A DNA stretch of 64,000 nt, taken from NCBI GenBank assembly GCA_965226495.1, contig OZ245365.1, positions 2,272,001 to 2,336,000 on the forward strand, written 5' to 3'. A program made the translations under genes and the position numbers. The DNA comes from Candidatus Marinacidobacterales bacterium (GTDB taxonomy: Bacteria > Acidobacteriota > Vicinamibacteria > Marinacidobacterales > DATDRI01). The notes beneath the pieces were generated by a model. The model had not been told where the DNA came from, did no database searches, and saw only the letters and a program-made list of their open reading frames with translations. Shown one piece after another: positions 9,650 to 20,483 of the stretch. Position 1 is the first letter of the stretch, and every line of letters starts with the position of its first letter.

Positions 9650-10591
9650 ATGTTCTTGAATTTTGCTTCGAACCCGTTCGCTCGGTGGCCTCTCGCCCTG
9701 CTGCTCACGTCCCTCATCACCTGGGGATGCAGTGCGGACGAAACATCCGGGACCCAGGATGACGTGGCGGGCGATGGCGAAGAATCGGCTTCCCAACCCG
9801 CGCGGGGTGTCTTCGCGGAAGTCAACGGGACGCGGCTGTTCTACGACGTCAAGGGAACCGGCCAGCCCCTCGTGCTCATCAGCGGCGGTAGCCTCGACAC
9901 GCGGTTATGGGATCAACAGTTCGAGTCATTTGCGCAAGATCGACAGGTCATCCGGTACGACCCTCGCGGGATTGGCCAATCGGATCTCCCCACGGGCCCT
10001 TTCTCGCACGAGCGAGATTTGTATGCTCTGTTGCAATTTCTGGGCATCCAGGAGACCGACCTCCTCGGATTTTCCTTCGGCGGCGGTGTCGCGATCGATT
10101 TTGTGCTCACCTACCCGGAGGTGGTGCGGAAGCTCATCTTGATAGCCCCCGGGCTCAGTAGTTGGAAGGATGAGATCACGCCTGCGCTTGGCGAGCTTTC
10201 GAAAGTAGCGGAGGCGGAGGGCGCCGCGAAGGCGATCGAGCTGATCCTCGCCGACCCGAGTATGCCGACCGAGGAGCACGAAGCGGCTCGGAAGAAGATG
10301 AGCCAGATACTTTCCGAGAACAGCCGCCTCTTCGATTCGAACTTTGCCTATGTAAGGTTCATGGAGCCCAGCGCTCCGCCGGCGCTCGACCGGCTTGTGG
10401 AAATTGGAGCGCCCACCCTCTTGGTCGTGGGAGAGCGAGATCATGCTGCCATCCACGAGAACGTTGATAAGCTCCAGGGAGGCATCGCGGGCGCCAAGAA
10501 AGTCCTGATCATGGGCGCTGGACACATGATCAACCTCGAGAAGCCGAACGAGCTCAATCGAGTGGCCCTCGATTTCTTGAGCACCGATTGA
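9650..10591 (+). CDS. Alpha/beta hydrolase, probable lipoprotein
   Basis: GFSFGG nucleophile elbow, YDPRGIGQS, GERD, AGHMINLE; lipobox ITWGC. Confidence 0.88.
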   Translation: MFLNFASNPFARWPLALLLTSLITWGCSADETSGTQDDVAGDGEESASQPARGVFAEVNGTRLFYDVKGTGQPLVLISGGSLDTRLWDQQFESFAQDRQVIRYDPRGIGQSDLPTGPFSHERDLYALLQFLGIQETDLLGFSFGGGVAIDFVLTYPEVVRKLILIAPGLSSWKDEITPALGELSKVAEAEGAAKAIELILADPSMPTEEHEAARKKMSQILSENSRLFDSNFAYVRFMEPSAPPALDRLVEIGAPTLLVVGERDHAAIHENVDKLQGGIAGAKKVLIMGAGHMINLEKPNELNRVALDFLSTD

Positions 10592-10708
10592 GCCGGCTGC
10601 CACCGGCGCCGCACCCGCAGTATCTGGACTACCATGTCGAACGAGAGGGTTCCGGTCTGGCCTACGGATTTGTGATAAGCTCCGCGCTAAATTTGACCGG
10701 AGGGGCTC

Positions 10709-11152
10709 ATGTCTGAATACATACGTTTTGCCAAGTTACCCATTGTTCTTTTGGTTATCTTCATGATCGCCCGGCTGATCTTGGGAGCAACCGGGGTTCC
10801 TTACGAGAGCGGCACCATCGTCAGCATGGTGTTTCTTGCCTGGATGTCGGCCTTCTTTTTCGGCGCCTTCTCGAGGCGTCTCCGAGCCTACAACTGGAAA
10901 CAGGCCATGATGCTGGGCTTGACGATTGCGCTAGCCGCTCAGGTTCTCATCTTCACCGCGACCCTCGTGTCGTATTTGGTGGGCGCGGAGACCTATTTCA
11001 ACCATCCTACGGCACTCAACCAGCCCGGCGGCCTGACTCTTGGCCAAGCCCTACCGGTTCGTCTCGGCGGGCTCGTCGCTAATAGCATCATCGGCTCCAT
11101 GTGGGGTCTCCTCGGCTGGACGGCGGGAAAGCTGCTTCCTAAGGCCGCTTGA
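10709..11152 (+). CDS. Hypothetical membrane protein (about 4 TM)
   Basis: 147-aa hydrophobic ORF with GGAGG RBS. Confidence 0.7.
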   Translation: MSEYIRFAKLPIVLLVIFMIARLILGATGVPYESGTIVSMVFLAWMSAFFFGAFSRRLRAYNWKQAMMLGLTIALAAQVLIFTATLVSYLVGAETYFNHPTALNQPGGLTLGQALPVRLGGLVANSIIGSMWGLLGWTAGKLLPKAA

Positions 11153-11158
11153 ATCGGA

Positions 11159-11199
11159 GAGAAGGCCCGGGGGGGGTTCACTCTCCCCGGGCCTTTCTC
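11159..11199. terminator. GC-rich hairpin between convergent genes, overlapping the glgA stop
   Basis: AGGCCCGGGG...CCCCGGGCCT stem. Confidence 0.55.
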
Positions 11200-12635
11200 A
11201 TCGCCAACGCATAGACTTCCAAGTACTGCTGGCAAGCCTTCTTCCAAGAGAAGTCGGTTTTCATGGCCCGCCGAACCAAAGTCCGCCAAACCTCCCGATC
11301 GCCAAAGCGGGCCGCCGCTCTCATTACCCCGTCGATCAGGGCCTTAGCTTCAAACGCGTCGAAGACGAAGCCGTTGCCCGCTGCCTCATCGTGGTCGAAG
11401 TCGGCAACGGTATCCGCCAATCCACCCGTGCGCCGTACCACAGGAATCGTTCCGTAGCGCATCGCGATCATCTGTCCCAGCCCGCACGGTTCGTAACGGG
11501 AAGGCATCAGGAAGAGGTCGGCTCCCGCGTATATGCGCCGCCCGAGCTTTTCGTCGAAACCTTCGTTGAGGCTTACCTGTCCTGGGAATCCCTCTCGAAG
11601 CTTCCTGAAGTCGTTCAGATAGCGGCGCTCCCCACTGCCTAACAACGCGAGCTGAACCCCCGTTTCCAGGAGTTTCGGGGCCGCTTCGAGCAAAAGGTCG
11701 AATCCCTTTTGAGGATCGAGTCTCGCGATAACCGCGGCCACGGGTGCTTTTGTGTCAACGTTGAGACCAAGTCTCTTTTGTAACTCGATCTTGTTGATGC
11801 TTTTGCCCCTCAGCCTACTCATTGTGTAGTTCGCGAAGATTTCTTTGTCCTGTCCCGGGTTCCAGATAGTCGTGTCGATTCCGTTTACTATTCCGAAGAG
11901 CTCTCCGGCGCGATGGTGAAGGACCCCGTCCAATCCTGCACCCGCCTCGGGCGTCTGGATCTCTTTCGCGTAGGTCGGGCTCACTGTGGACAGGAGGTCG
12001 GCATAGACCAGTCCGCCCTTGAGGAAATTGAGCTGGCCAAAGAACTCTAGGCCGTCCATGTGAAAAGTGTGTTCAGGAAGATGCAACCGCTGCAGTTGAC
12101 TCCGGTCGAAGACGCCCTGATAGACCATGTTGTGGATGGAGAGCAGGACCCCTGCCCGCCGAAGGCGAGGGTCGTCGCGATAGTACAGGTGCTTGTAGAC
12201 GGGCAGTAGAGCGGACTGCCAGTCGTTGATATGAAAGACATCGGGTTCAAGATCGAGCACGCGTGCGGCTTCGAGGGCAGCGCGAGAGAGAAACGCAAAT
12301 CGCAAGGCGTTGTCGGAGTAGTCGGCGCCGCTCGTCCCGTAAAGTCCGTCTCGATCGTAGAGGTCCGGGTTCTCCAGGAGGTATACCGGCACGTCTCCCA
12401 GGCTGTACCGCCAAATCCTGCCCTTGTAGGTCGATCCGTCCAAGGGAACCTCGACTTCTAGACCGGTGTCTCGGACTTTGAAAGTCTCGGTGTCGATGAC
12501 CCGATAAAACGGCATCACGACTGAGATGTTCTGCTTGGCGCGACGGAGTGCCAGCGAAAGAGATGCCGCGACGTCGGCAAGCCCCCCCGTTTTGGCTAAG
12601 GGCTCCACTTCCGGCGAGACGAGAACGATGTTCAT
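11178..12635 (-). CDS. glgA: Glycogen synthase
   Basis: KTGGLADV, HINDWQ, NGID, PSRYEPCGL. Confidence 0.97.
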   Translation of the reverse strand: MNIVLVSPEVEPLAKTGGLADVAASLSLALRRAKQNISVVMPFYRVIDTETFKVRDTGLEVEVPLDGSTYKGRIWRYSLGDVPVYLLENPDLYDRDGLYGTSGADYSDNALRFAFLSRAALEAARVLDLEPDVFHINDWQSALLPVYKHLYYRDDPRLRRAGVLLSIHNMVYQGVFDRSQLQRLHLPEHTFHMDGLEFFGQLNFLKGGLVYADLLSTVSPTYAKEIQTPEAGAGLDGVLHHRAGELFGIVNGIDTTIWNPGQDKEIFANYTMSRLRGKSINKIELQKRLGLNVDTKAPVAAVIARLDPQKGFDLLLEAAPKLLETGVQLALLGSGERRYLNDFRKLREGFPGQVSLNEGFDEKLGRRIYAGADLFLMPSRYEPCGLGQMIAMRYGTIPVVRRTGGLADTVADFDHDEAAGNGFVFDAFEAKALIDGVMRAAARFGDREVWRTLVRRAMKTDFSWKKACQQYLEVYALAMRKARGE

Positions 12636-12744
12636 GGCCTATCGAGGTTTATCTGGACTTTTACCTTTACAGCTTTCGGCGGAGCCGACTACAATCTTCT
12701 GCCGTTAGTATTGTCCATCCTCCGAGGAGGTTCCAAGACGCGTC

Positions 12745-14001
12745 ATGGCTAAGCTCGCCCCCCGAGTTCTCGCGCTGGTGCTCGCCGGAGGAAAGGGCGA
12801 GCGTCTCTACCCGCTGACCGCCGATCGCTCCAAGCCCGCCGTACCGTTCGGTGGCAAGTACCGGATCATCGATTTTGTCCTCAGCAATCTCTCGAACTCC
12901 AATATTACCGCCATCTTCGTCCTGACTCAGTACAAGGCACAATCGCTACTCGAGCATCTGCAAATGGGATGGATCCATAGCTCTGGCCATAACAATTTCG
13001 TGACCGCCGTTCCCGCACAGATGCAATTCGGCGAGGCTTGGTACGGCGGCACGGCCGATGCGATCTATCAGAATCTTGCCCTTCTCGATCGCACGCATCC
13101 CGACCTGGTGGTGGTGTTCGGCGCCGACCACATCTACAAAATGAATGTGGCACAGATGATCGATTTCCATCGTGAACGAGAAGCCGCGGTGACCGTAGCT
13201 TCCCTCCCGATATTGGCCGAAGAGGCGTCCAGCTTTGGAGTCGTGAAGGTCGATGAGAATTGGAGGGTCACGGGTTTCGAAGAAAAACCCGCCACGGCAA
13301 CCGAGATTCCGGAGAAGCCCGGCTACGCGCTGGCTTCGATGGGGAACTACATCTTCGACGCTGCCAAGTTGGTCGAGCTCTTGCGAGAAGATGCTACGGA
13401 TCGCTCCTCGGCGCACGACTTCGGTAAGTCTATCCTTCCCAAGATAGTGAGCTCCCACAAAGTATACGCCTACGATTTTCAACAAAACCGCATTGCCATG
13501 GAGTCGGAGGCGGAGTCCGCCTATTGGAGAGATATCGGTACGATTCAGGCGTACTACGAGGCCAACCTGGATCTCAAGGATGTCCAGCCCAAGCTGAATC
13601 TCTATAACTGGGATTGGCCCATTCGCTCGGTGAACTTCAACGACCCGCCGGCAAAATTCGTTTTCAACGAAGACGGCAAGCGCGGAGATGCGCACCAATC
13701 CCTCGTTGCGTCCGGTTGCATCCTGGCCGGGGGCCGTGTGAAGGACTCGATACTTGGTCGCAACGTCTTCGTCGATCAAGGTGCCGAGGTGGTCAGTTCG
13801 GTCATCCACGACAACGTGCGGATCGGGCGGGGGGTGCGAATCCAAAACGCGATCGTGGACAAAAACAACCGCATCCCTGACGGAGCGACTATCGGCTTCG
13901 ACTTGACGCAAGATCGGGAACGATATTTCGTGTCGGAGGAGGGGTTGGTCGTCGTTGCGCGAGGTAAAGATACGCCCGAGAGCCGAGCTCGCGATTTCTA
14001 G
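12745..14001 (+). CDS. glgC: Glucose-1-phosphate adenylyltransferase
   Basis: LAGGKGERLYPLT..RSKPAVPFGGKYRIIDF, GTADA, FEEKP, DFGK. Confidence 0.97.
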   Translation: MAKLAPRVLALVLAGGKGERLYPLTADRSKPAVPFGGKYRIIDFVLSNLSNSNITAIFVLTQYKAQSLLEHLQMGWIHSSGHNNFVTAVPAQMQFGEAWYGGTADAIYQNLALLDRTHPDLVVVFGADHIYKMNVAQMIDFHREREAAVTVASLPILAEEASSFGVVKVDENWRVTGFEEKPATATEIPEKPGYALASMGNYIFDAAKLVELLREDATDRSSAHDFGKSILPKIVSSHKVYAYDFQQNRIAMESEAESAYWRDIGTIQAYYEANLDLKDVQPKLNLYNWDWPIRSVNFNDPPAKFVFNEDGKRGDAHQSLVASGCILAGGRVKDSILGRNVFVDQGAEVVSSVIHDNVRIGRGVRIQNAIVDKNNRIPDGATIGFDLTQDRERYFVSEEGLVVVARGKDTPESRARDF

Positions 14002-14004
14002 TGG

Positions 14005-15729
14005 TTACTCACCTCGCCAATAGGCTTTGTGCACGTACTCGCTCAACATCCTCGCTGCGTTGAAAAAAGAACCGTTCAGGGAAATCGCCTGGCACATCAC
14101 ATCGATATATCCTTGCCTCTTGTTGTGAAAGAGAGGGAGGATCACGTTCTCGAGCTTGTCGTATAGGGACAGAGCGTCTTTGGTTCGTGGGTCTTCCTCT
14201 CCGGCATGTCTGCCGTCCTCTCCAATCGCCCAGCCGGTAATGCCCTCGATGTGACCTTCGATCCACCAGCCATCTAAGACACTCAGGCTGGGGACTCCAT
14301 TGAGGGCTGCTTTCATTCCGCTGGTGCCGGACGCCTCGAGAGGTGGCTCGGGTGTGTTGAGCCAAAGATCCACTCCTGCTGTGATGAGTCGACCGAGGTC
14401 CATGTCGTATCCCGGGAGATAAACGAGTCGCAGGGGTTCCCTGATTTCGTCCTTAACTGCAAAGATGCTTCGGATAAGAGCCTTACCTTGCTCGTCCCGG
14501 GGATGAGCCTTGCCCGCGAACACCATCTGCAGAGGCCCGAATCGAAAGGCCAGGTCCTGGAGCCTTTGGACGTCGTGGAACAGCAGGTCCGCTCGTTTAT
14601 AGGCGGCGGTGCGGCGGGCGAAGCCAATGGTGAACGCTTCGGTATCGAACGAGCTCTTCGAGATGCGGCTGCTGCGGCTGCTGCGGCTGCTGCGGTTGAT
14701 ACACTCGACGAGCAGAGTCTTGGCCCTGATATGGCTGCCCCATACTTCGTCGTGAGGAATGCTGCTCGCGTAACGGAGACTACTGGCATTCTCCCGCCAG
14801 CCCGGGATGTGTCGATCGAAGAGCTCCTGCATCGAAGGCGCGGTCCAAGTGCCGGCGTGAACACCGTTGGTGATGGAGTCGATTTGATACCCTTGGAACA
14901 TCTGCTGTGAAACTTCCTTGTGTTTACGAGCGACGCCGTTGACATACTCGCTGAGATTGAGCGCGAGGTATGTCAGATTCAACTTATCTTCCAGGATGCA
15001 TAGTTGCTGGATCTCGAAAAGGGGGCTCCCGCCCAGAACGTTCCTCGCGAGGTCGAGCGGGAATCGGTCATGACCTGCGGCGACCGGGGTGTGCGTGGTG
15101 AAGACACATTGAGAGCGGACCGCCGCAAGGTCTTTTTCGCTGATGCTCTTCGAGGTCCGGGAACGCCCACGCTCCTCGAGTAACTCCACCGTCAGAAGGC
15201 TCGAATGGCCCTCGTTCATGTGGTACCGCTCGAGTTGGTTGAAAGCGAGCGCGCGCAGCATTCGGATGCCTCCGATCCCAAGGATCGCTTCCTGGCACAA
15301 CCGATAGCGTTCATCGCCGCCGTACAGGAAGTCGGAGAGTGTTCGGTCCCAGCTCGAGTTCTCGGGGAGATCCGAATCGAGGAAATACACCGGTACACGG
15401 TAGCCTCGTACACCTTCGACCTCGTACTTCCACGACCGGAGCACGACAGTTCGACCTTCGATACGGACCGAGACCCGCTCTGGCATCTCCCGCAGATGTT
15501 TCCGGACCTGCCACTCTTCCGCGAGATCCTTTTGCTCGCCGTCTTCTTCCAGCTCTTGGCGGAAGTAACCCTTGCGGTGAAGTAGGGTGACCGCGACCAA
15601 CGGGAGCTCACGGTCCGCGACGGCACGAATCGTATCCCCGGCGAGAACCCCGAGGCCTCCGGAGTACGTGCGGATCGCGGACTCGAGGCCGATCTCCATT
15701 GAAAAGTACGCAATTCGACTGTCGGGCAA
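14005..15729 (-). CDS. glgP: Alpha-glucan phosphorylase
   Basis: AYFSMEIG, YSGGLGVLAGD, HMNEGH, EASGTSGMK. Confidence 0.94.
   Translation of the reverse strand: MPDSRIAYFSMEIGLESAIRTYSGGLGVLAGDTIRAVADRELPLVAVTLLHRKGYFRQELEEDGEQKDLAEEWQVRKHLREMPERVSVRIEGRTVVLRSWKYEVEGVRGYRVPVYFLDSDLPENSSWDRTLSDFLYGGDERYRLCQEAILGIGGIRMLRALAFNQLERYHMNEGHSSLLTVELLEERGRSRTSKSISEKDLAAVRSQCVFTTHTPVAAGHDRFPLDLARNVLGGSPLFEIQQLCILEDKLNLTYLALNLSEYVNGVARKHKEVSQQMFQGYQIDSITNGVHAGTWTAPSMQELFDRHIPGWRENASSLRYASSIPHDEVWGSHIRAKTLLVECINRSSRSSRSSRISKSSFDTEAFTIGFARRTAAYKRADLLFHDVQRLQDLAFRFGPLQMVFAGKAHPRDEQGKALIRSIFAVKDEIREPLRLVYLPGYDMDLGRLITAGVDLWLNTPEPPLEASGTSGMKAALNGVPSLSVLDGWWIEGHIEGITGWAIGEDGRHAGEEDPRTKDALSLYDKLENVILPLFHNKRQGYIDVMCQAISLNGSFFNAARMLSEYVHKAYWRGE
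14664..14695. repeat. 9-bp tandem repeat TGCGGCTGC x3.5 inside glgP
   Basis: Direct reading; encodes RSSRSSRSSR. Confidence 0.8.
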
Positions 15730-15884
15730 GAAAGCTAAGCCCTCCTTTCTTAAGTGTTGGCCTGGGCTAGTGCCGTTCCAACTAGTCTCTGGAACGATAC
15801 TAGGTGCGCTAGTTTATAGGCTCGCTAGCCCCGGACGCGAATCCGGATGGGCCCAGTTAGGTTGGTTGGGTCGGTTGGACTTGT

Positions 15885-17999
15885 TCAACTCCGCCGGATA
15901 CTGGATTTTCTCAAGGTCTCGACGAGCCGAAGGACCTCGACGACTTCCCGCCGCCGAGTGAATTCGTCCAACCGGTATCGAGCCTTTCTCCTCCAGTTGG
16001 GGTTCGCGGTCTTGGGGCCGGGAACGTTTTGAGGTTCGGAGGCCAACCAAAGATCCTCGAGGTTGATGAGGAGCAGTGCCGCACCGCTCGACGCGAGAAA
16101 AGACAAGCAAGACCGCAAGAGCTGAGTGAGTCGCGGGGTCCTACCTCTTGCCCGGAACAATCGTTCCAGGGACTTCCTGACCGCGGTCCGTTCTTGGTGC
16201 TCCTTTTCTGGCTGCTTGTCGGAGATTAGGCCCGATGCGAAGCGGTCGTCGATGTCCAAGCCTGCCACGAAGGCACGAAAGGGAGGTGTGTCGTGCGTAT
16301 TGAGGCTCGCCACCGAGCCACTCGGAACGGGGCGCAGGGGGGGGCGGCTCCGGGGGGCAATCGAGTATTGGAGGACGTAGATCTTCTTGATATTGTGCCG
16401 GGTCATCGCCCGGTTCACACTGCTCGGGACTGTTCCAAGGTTCTCACCAACTAACACCGTCCGGCTGCGGTGGGATTCCAGGCTCAAGATGGCGTAAAGC
16501 TCTTCCGGATGGTAGTGGACGTAAACTCCGTCCTTCGGCTCGATACCCTTCGGAATCCAGAAGAGCCGATGTAGTCCCATGATGTGATCGATGCGAAGCA
16601 TCTTGGCGTGCCGCATTTGGTGTCGCAAGTAGGCGATGACGTAGCGATAGCCCTGCATGCGAATCGCTTCGGGATGAAGCGGAGGAAAGCCCCAGTCTTG
16701 CCCCACAGTGAAAATGCGATCCGGAGGGGCACCCCCCGTCGCGTAGTGTGCGAAAACGCGCTGCTCACGCCAGGCATCGTAGCCATCGGGGTGCACGCCG
16801 AGTGGCAAATCAAGATAGAGCCCCGGCGTCGTTTTCTTTGACAAGGCGCCGAGCTGTTCCTCGGCGAGAAATTGCACATAAAGATGATAGTCGCGAGCGT
16901 CCCGGGCGAAGTCACCCTCGTTCAGCACGCCATCGAACAGGGGGCGAGGCCAGGAGCGCCAGGGGGTTCGAGTTTTCTCGACCGCGGCGCGGAAGCGGGC
17001 GTAGCCTTCGAGCTCCGGGTTGGAGGCGAGGTGCTCTCGCATCGCGGTTCGCCTCGGGCTCGACTCGGGCTCATGAAAGAAAGTGCGCGCCAGCTTCTCG
17101 AGAACCTTCCTTTTGAGTGCCATCTGTCGGCGATAGTCGATCAGGGGTGCGGAGCGAAGAGTCTTCATTTCCTCGAGGGCGGCGCTCGATTCGAGGAAGG
17201 CTCGAGCGCTAGCGCTTCGTTCCAGCTCGGGGGTCCGGGTAGGATCCACGTAGAGCTCGTTCCAGAACAACCTGCTCACCGGGGAGTAAGGGCTAGGATC
17301 GAGTGGTTCGTCCAGAAATGACGCCAACAACGGAAGCGTGCCCACGACCCGACCCTCGAGAGAGGCGGTCCAATCCATGAGCGCTTCGAGATCGGTGAAA
17401 TCGCCCGTTCCCCAGTTTCGTTCGCTATGGAGGGCATAGAGCGGGATGAACGTGCCCCAGTTCCGACCTCTCTTCTCCTTCTTGGGTTGGAAGGCGCGCC
17501 TCGGGGCGGAGAGCATCTTCGTCTCGAAGACTCGACCTCCGGCCTCGAGACGAAGACGGTGGTATCCGAATGGAATCTTCCCCGGAAGGCGGAGCTTCTT
17601 GAGGACGTAGCGGACGCCATCCAATTTGGCGCGCTCCGGGGTACGCAACCGGGCGAACTTGAAGTTGTAAGGATGGAGTTCACCCGATTCCAGCTCGAGA
17701 GCGCAGTGCAGTGATCCCCGGGCTCGGTCCGCGGGAAGTCGCAGGGAGATTTCCGTTGAAGCTCCGTCCCATGCGGTGACGGTTGGTTCGACCACGCGAT
17801 TCCATTGGGCTCGCTCCCGCTCCCGAAGCTCGGCGGGCACGTCATCCAAGGTTCGGAGACCGGCGCCGAGCGCCCTCAAGGTATGAAGAAGAGCCTCGGG
17901 CGACGCCTGCTGGCGTCGTTGAAACATATCTGTGTAGGCGCTCTGGACGCCATACAGGCGTGCCAATTGCCGCAGCTGACCAAGCAGGGGCTTGCTCAT
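15885..17999 (-). CDS. malQ: 4-alpha-glucanotransferase (GH77)
   Basis: SPYSPVSR, LYLDLPLG, GAPPD, QDWG, LRIDH, GENLG, THD. Confidence 0.95.
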   Translation of the reverse strand: MSKPLLGQLRQLARLYGVQSAYTDMFQRRQQASPEALLHTLRALGAGLRTLDDVPAELRERERAQWNRVVEPTVTAWDGASTEISLRLPADRARGSLHCALELESGELHPYNFKFARLRTPERAKLDGVRYVLKKLRLPGKIPFGYHRLRLEAGGRVFETKMLSAPRRAFQPKKEKRGRNWGTFIPLYALHSERNWGTGDFTDLEALMDWTASLEGRVVGTLPLLASFLDEPLDPSPYSPVSRLFWNELYVDPTRTPELERSASARAFLESSAALEEMKTLRSAPLIDYRRQMALKRKVLEKLARTFFHEPESSPRRTAMREHLASNPELEGYARFRAAVEKTRTPWRSWPRPLFDGVLNEGDFARDARDYHLYVQFLAEEQLGALSKKTTPGLYLDLPLGVHPDGYDAWREQRVFAHYATGGAPPDRIFTVGQDWGFPPLHPEAIRMQGYRYVIAYLRHQMRHAKMLRIDHIMGLHRLFWIPKGIEPKDGVYVHYHPEELYAILSLESHRSRTVLVGENLGTVPSSVNRAMTRHNIKKIYVLQYSIAPRSRPPLRPVPSGSVASLNTHDTPPFRAFVAGLDIDDRFASGLISDKQPEKEHQERTAVRKSLERLFRARGRTPRLTQLLRSCLSFLASSGAALLLINLEDLWLASEPQNVPGPKTANPNWRRKARYRLDEFTRRREVVEVLRLVETLRKSSIRRS

Positions 18000-18047
18000 T
18001 GAAGTTTCGGGGACAGGTTATTCAACTCAGCGCACGCGAACGGGACA

Positions 18048-20483
18048 CTATACACGCATGCGGAGGTTTTCGCCGAGCGAGGTGAAATGCTGCAGCCACT
18101 CCGTCGCTGCCACGTCGCCCTCTGAGGCCCGATGCTGGAGGTCGGGGAGGCCCTTCTTGGCCAAATGATAGTAACGGTTTTGGACTTTCCAGAGCTCGAT
18201 CTCGAAGGGGAGGATTCGGGACAACTCGATGGCGGTGTCCAGGCTCCGGATGTCTTCGATGGGCGTTGGGGCAGCCGAGAGCCTCTCCGCGAGCCGATCG
18301 ATGGTGCCTTGAAGTGCGAAGGCGAGCGTCGGGGCGTCCAGAACGACTCCCTCGGCGCGCGCCTGTTCCAAGAGCCCTCGGACTCGTTCCGGGTCGAGCG
18401 GCTCGGCTTCGAAGGCGGCACGGAGATTCCCGTTGAGAACCAACTGGGCCGCCCGAGAAAATGCCTGGGGTGGGGGAGTACCCATGTCCGTCAAGAAACG
18501 CATGGTGGCGGCGTGACGTTCGTAGAGCTCTCGATACACACCTTCCGCTTCCTCGAGAGTGGACTCGAGAATGAGGTTCACGATCTTGCGCTGTTGGTCC
18601 CGAAAAAGAGACCGTAGTGAGTGGTTGGACCCGCCGAACTCGCGATCAAAAAGGCGGATCACTTCGGGGAAGTCAGCCCGGTTGAAGGGCTCTCCCACCT
18701 CCGCCATCAGATTTTGGTAGTCCTCGACCCCGATGTACTTACGCACACCGGCGCTGACGTTGTGATCTCCAAAGCGAAGGGCGCCAAAACTGAGTACGGT
18801 CGAAGCGAGGGTAATACGTGAGGTGAGCTTCGCCCGGCCAAGTACGAGCTTCGGTTTCCCCGTCTCGAACGAGTGGCTGTCTTCCCGCTCCACGTCGTAA
18901 CAGTAAACGCGAGATTTCTCTGGATAAGATTCGAAGAGTGAGCTCACGGCGTAGTGAGCGCCGACTTTCTCCCAATCGACCCTGTGTGTTTTGACGGACC
19001 TTTCGTAGATCTGGCGGCCGTTCTTTTCGTGGGGGATGTTGCTTTTCGCCCGCTCCAGTCGCTCCAGGAAGCCTTCCTCGATGCCGTTGCCGAAGAGGTC
19101 CTGGGCCAATTGAACCGCGCGGCCGGCGTACTGGATCACCTGCACGGTCTCGATTCCTGACAGCTCGCTGAAGAACCAGCCGCAGCTCGTGTACATGAGC
19201 ATCGCATGTCGCTGGAGCTCCAGGAACTTGAGCGCCTCGGTCTTCTGGACGTCCTCGAGAGGACGAACCGCGTGTCGGGTGAAGAATTGGTCGATGTTGT
19301 CCCGCGAACGATCGAGGACGATCGAAATGTAATCGTCGCGAGCCACCCAGGGGTCGCGGAGCAACGTTCGTGCTTTCTCATCGTAGAGCGGATTGAGTTG
19401 GTCGCGAAGCCAATCGAGAGCCTCGCGAAGCGGAGCGCGCCAGCCCTGATTCCAACCAGCCTGACCCCCGGTTTGGCATCCGCAATCCGACCTCCAACGT
19501 TCGACGCCATGCATACAACTCCAAGACGTGTTCTCGAAGATTTCGACGGAATGCGTTGGAGGATACTTTTCTAAGTACTGACTGTAGTTCGTAAGGCGGG
19601 CCAAATTGTTTCGCTCGATGTAATCGAGCGCGAATGCAAGTGCCATGTCGCCGTGACGATGGTGATGTCCATAGGTCTCGCCATCGGTGGCAATGTGTAC
19701 GAGTTGAGGCCACGTCCGTTGGTCGGAGAAGGCCCCGACGAGGCGGTGCGCGAAATTTTCCCCTCGTGAAAGCAAGGATTCGAATGCGACGCCGCGGGAA
19801 ATAGGACCATCGTAGAAAAAAAGTGTTATTGAACGGCCGGACGGGAGTCGTTGGAGGTAGGGCATGGTGGGGTCGATGCTCCCCCCGTCCACATGCCGCC
19901 AGTTCCTGCCACCTATTCGTCGGACTCGACGCGCTTGGGTGGGAGCGAGGAGTGTGAACTGGACCCCGAGCTCGGCGAGGATCTCGAGGCTTTCCAGATC
20001 CACGGCCGTCTCCGGAAGCCAGAGCCCCCTCGGTTTCCGGGCGAAGCGGTGCTCGAAATCGCGGATGCCCCAGAGAATCTGCGTATACTTGTCACGGCGG
20101 TTCGCGAGGGGGAGTATCGTGTGGTTATAAGCTTGAGCGAGGGCCGAACCATGACCCGAGAATAGACTCTGGCTTTCCCGGTCGGCGGCAAGAATCGCTT
20201 CGTAGACTTCGGCGGCGTTCTCCTTCATCCACCCCAGCAGCGTGGGGCCTATGTTGAAGCTGATCTTGGCGTAGTTGTTAACGATCTGGGTGATACGATC
20301 GTCACTATCCAGAATGCGAGAGACCGTGTTCGGCTCGTAACACTCGGCGGTGATGCGTTGGTTCCAGTCATGATAAGGATAGGCGGAGTCCTGGGCCTCG
20401 ATGGCCTCCAGCCAAGGATTCTCACGTGGCGGCTGGTAGAAGTGGCCGTGGATACAGATGTAGCGTTCGTGCCCCTCGGTCAT
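18048..20483 (-). CDS. GH57 / DUF3536 glycoside hydrolase
   Basis: IHGHFYQPPRENPW, WLPETAVD, ATDGETYGHH, SWSC.HGVERW; ATG overlaps the glgB TGA. Confidence 0.93.
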   Translation of the reverse strand: MTEGHERYICIHGHFYQPPRENPWLEAIEAQDSAYPYHDWNQRITAECYEPNTVSRILDSDDRITQIVNNYAKISFNIGPTLLGWMKENAAEVYEAILAADRESQSLFSGHGSALAQAYNHTILPLANRRDKYTQILWGIRDFEHRFARKPRGLWLPETAVDLESLEILAELGVQFTLLAPTQARRVRRIGGRNWRHVDGGSIDPTMPYLQRLPSGRSITLFFYDGPISRGVAFESLLSRGENFAHRLVGAFSDQRTWPQLVHIATDGETYGHHHRHGDMALAFALDYIERNNLARLTNYSQYLEKYPPTHSVEIFENTSWSCMHGVERWRSDCGCQTGGQAGWNQGWRAPLREALDWLRDQLNPLYDEKARTLLRDPWVARDDYISIVLDRSRDNIDQFFTRHAVRPLEDVQKTEALKFLELQRHAMLMYTSCGWFFSELSGIETVQVIQYAGRAVQLAQDLFGNGIEEGFLERLERAKSNIPHEKNGRQIYERSVKTHRVDWEKVGAHYAVSSLFESYPEKSRVYCYDVEREDSHSFETGKPKLVLGRAKLTSRITLASTVLSFGALRFGDHNVSAGVRKYIGVEDYQNLMAEVGEPFNRADFPEVIRLFDREFGGSNHSLRSLFRDQQRKIVNLILESTLEEAEGVYRELYERHAATMRFLTDMGTPPPQAFSRAAQLVLNGNLRAAFEAEPLDPERVRGLLEQARAEGVVLDAPTLAFALQGTIDRLAERLSAAPTPIEDIRSLDTAIELSRILPFEIELWKVQNRYYHLAKKGLPDLQHRASEGDVAATEWLQHFTSLGENLRMRV

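Noticed and set aside
7542-11152. Possible islet downstream of tRNA-Pro(CGG)
   Set aside because: No duplicated tRNA 3' end or integrase seen
12946-13911. Long antisense ORFs (e.g. 321 aa opposite glgC, and many similar)
   Set aside because: Shadow ORFs typical of GC-rich coding DNA, with no motifs
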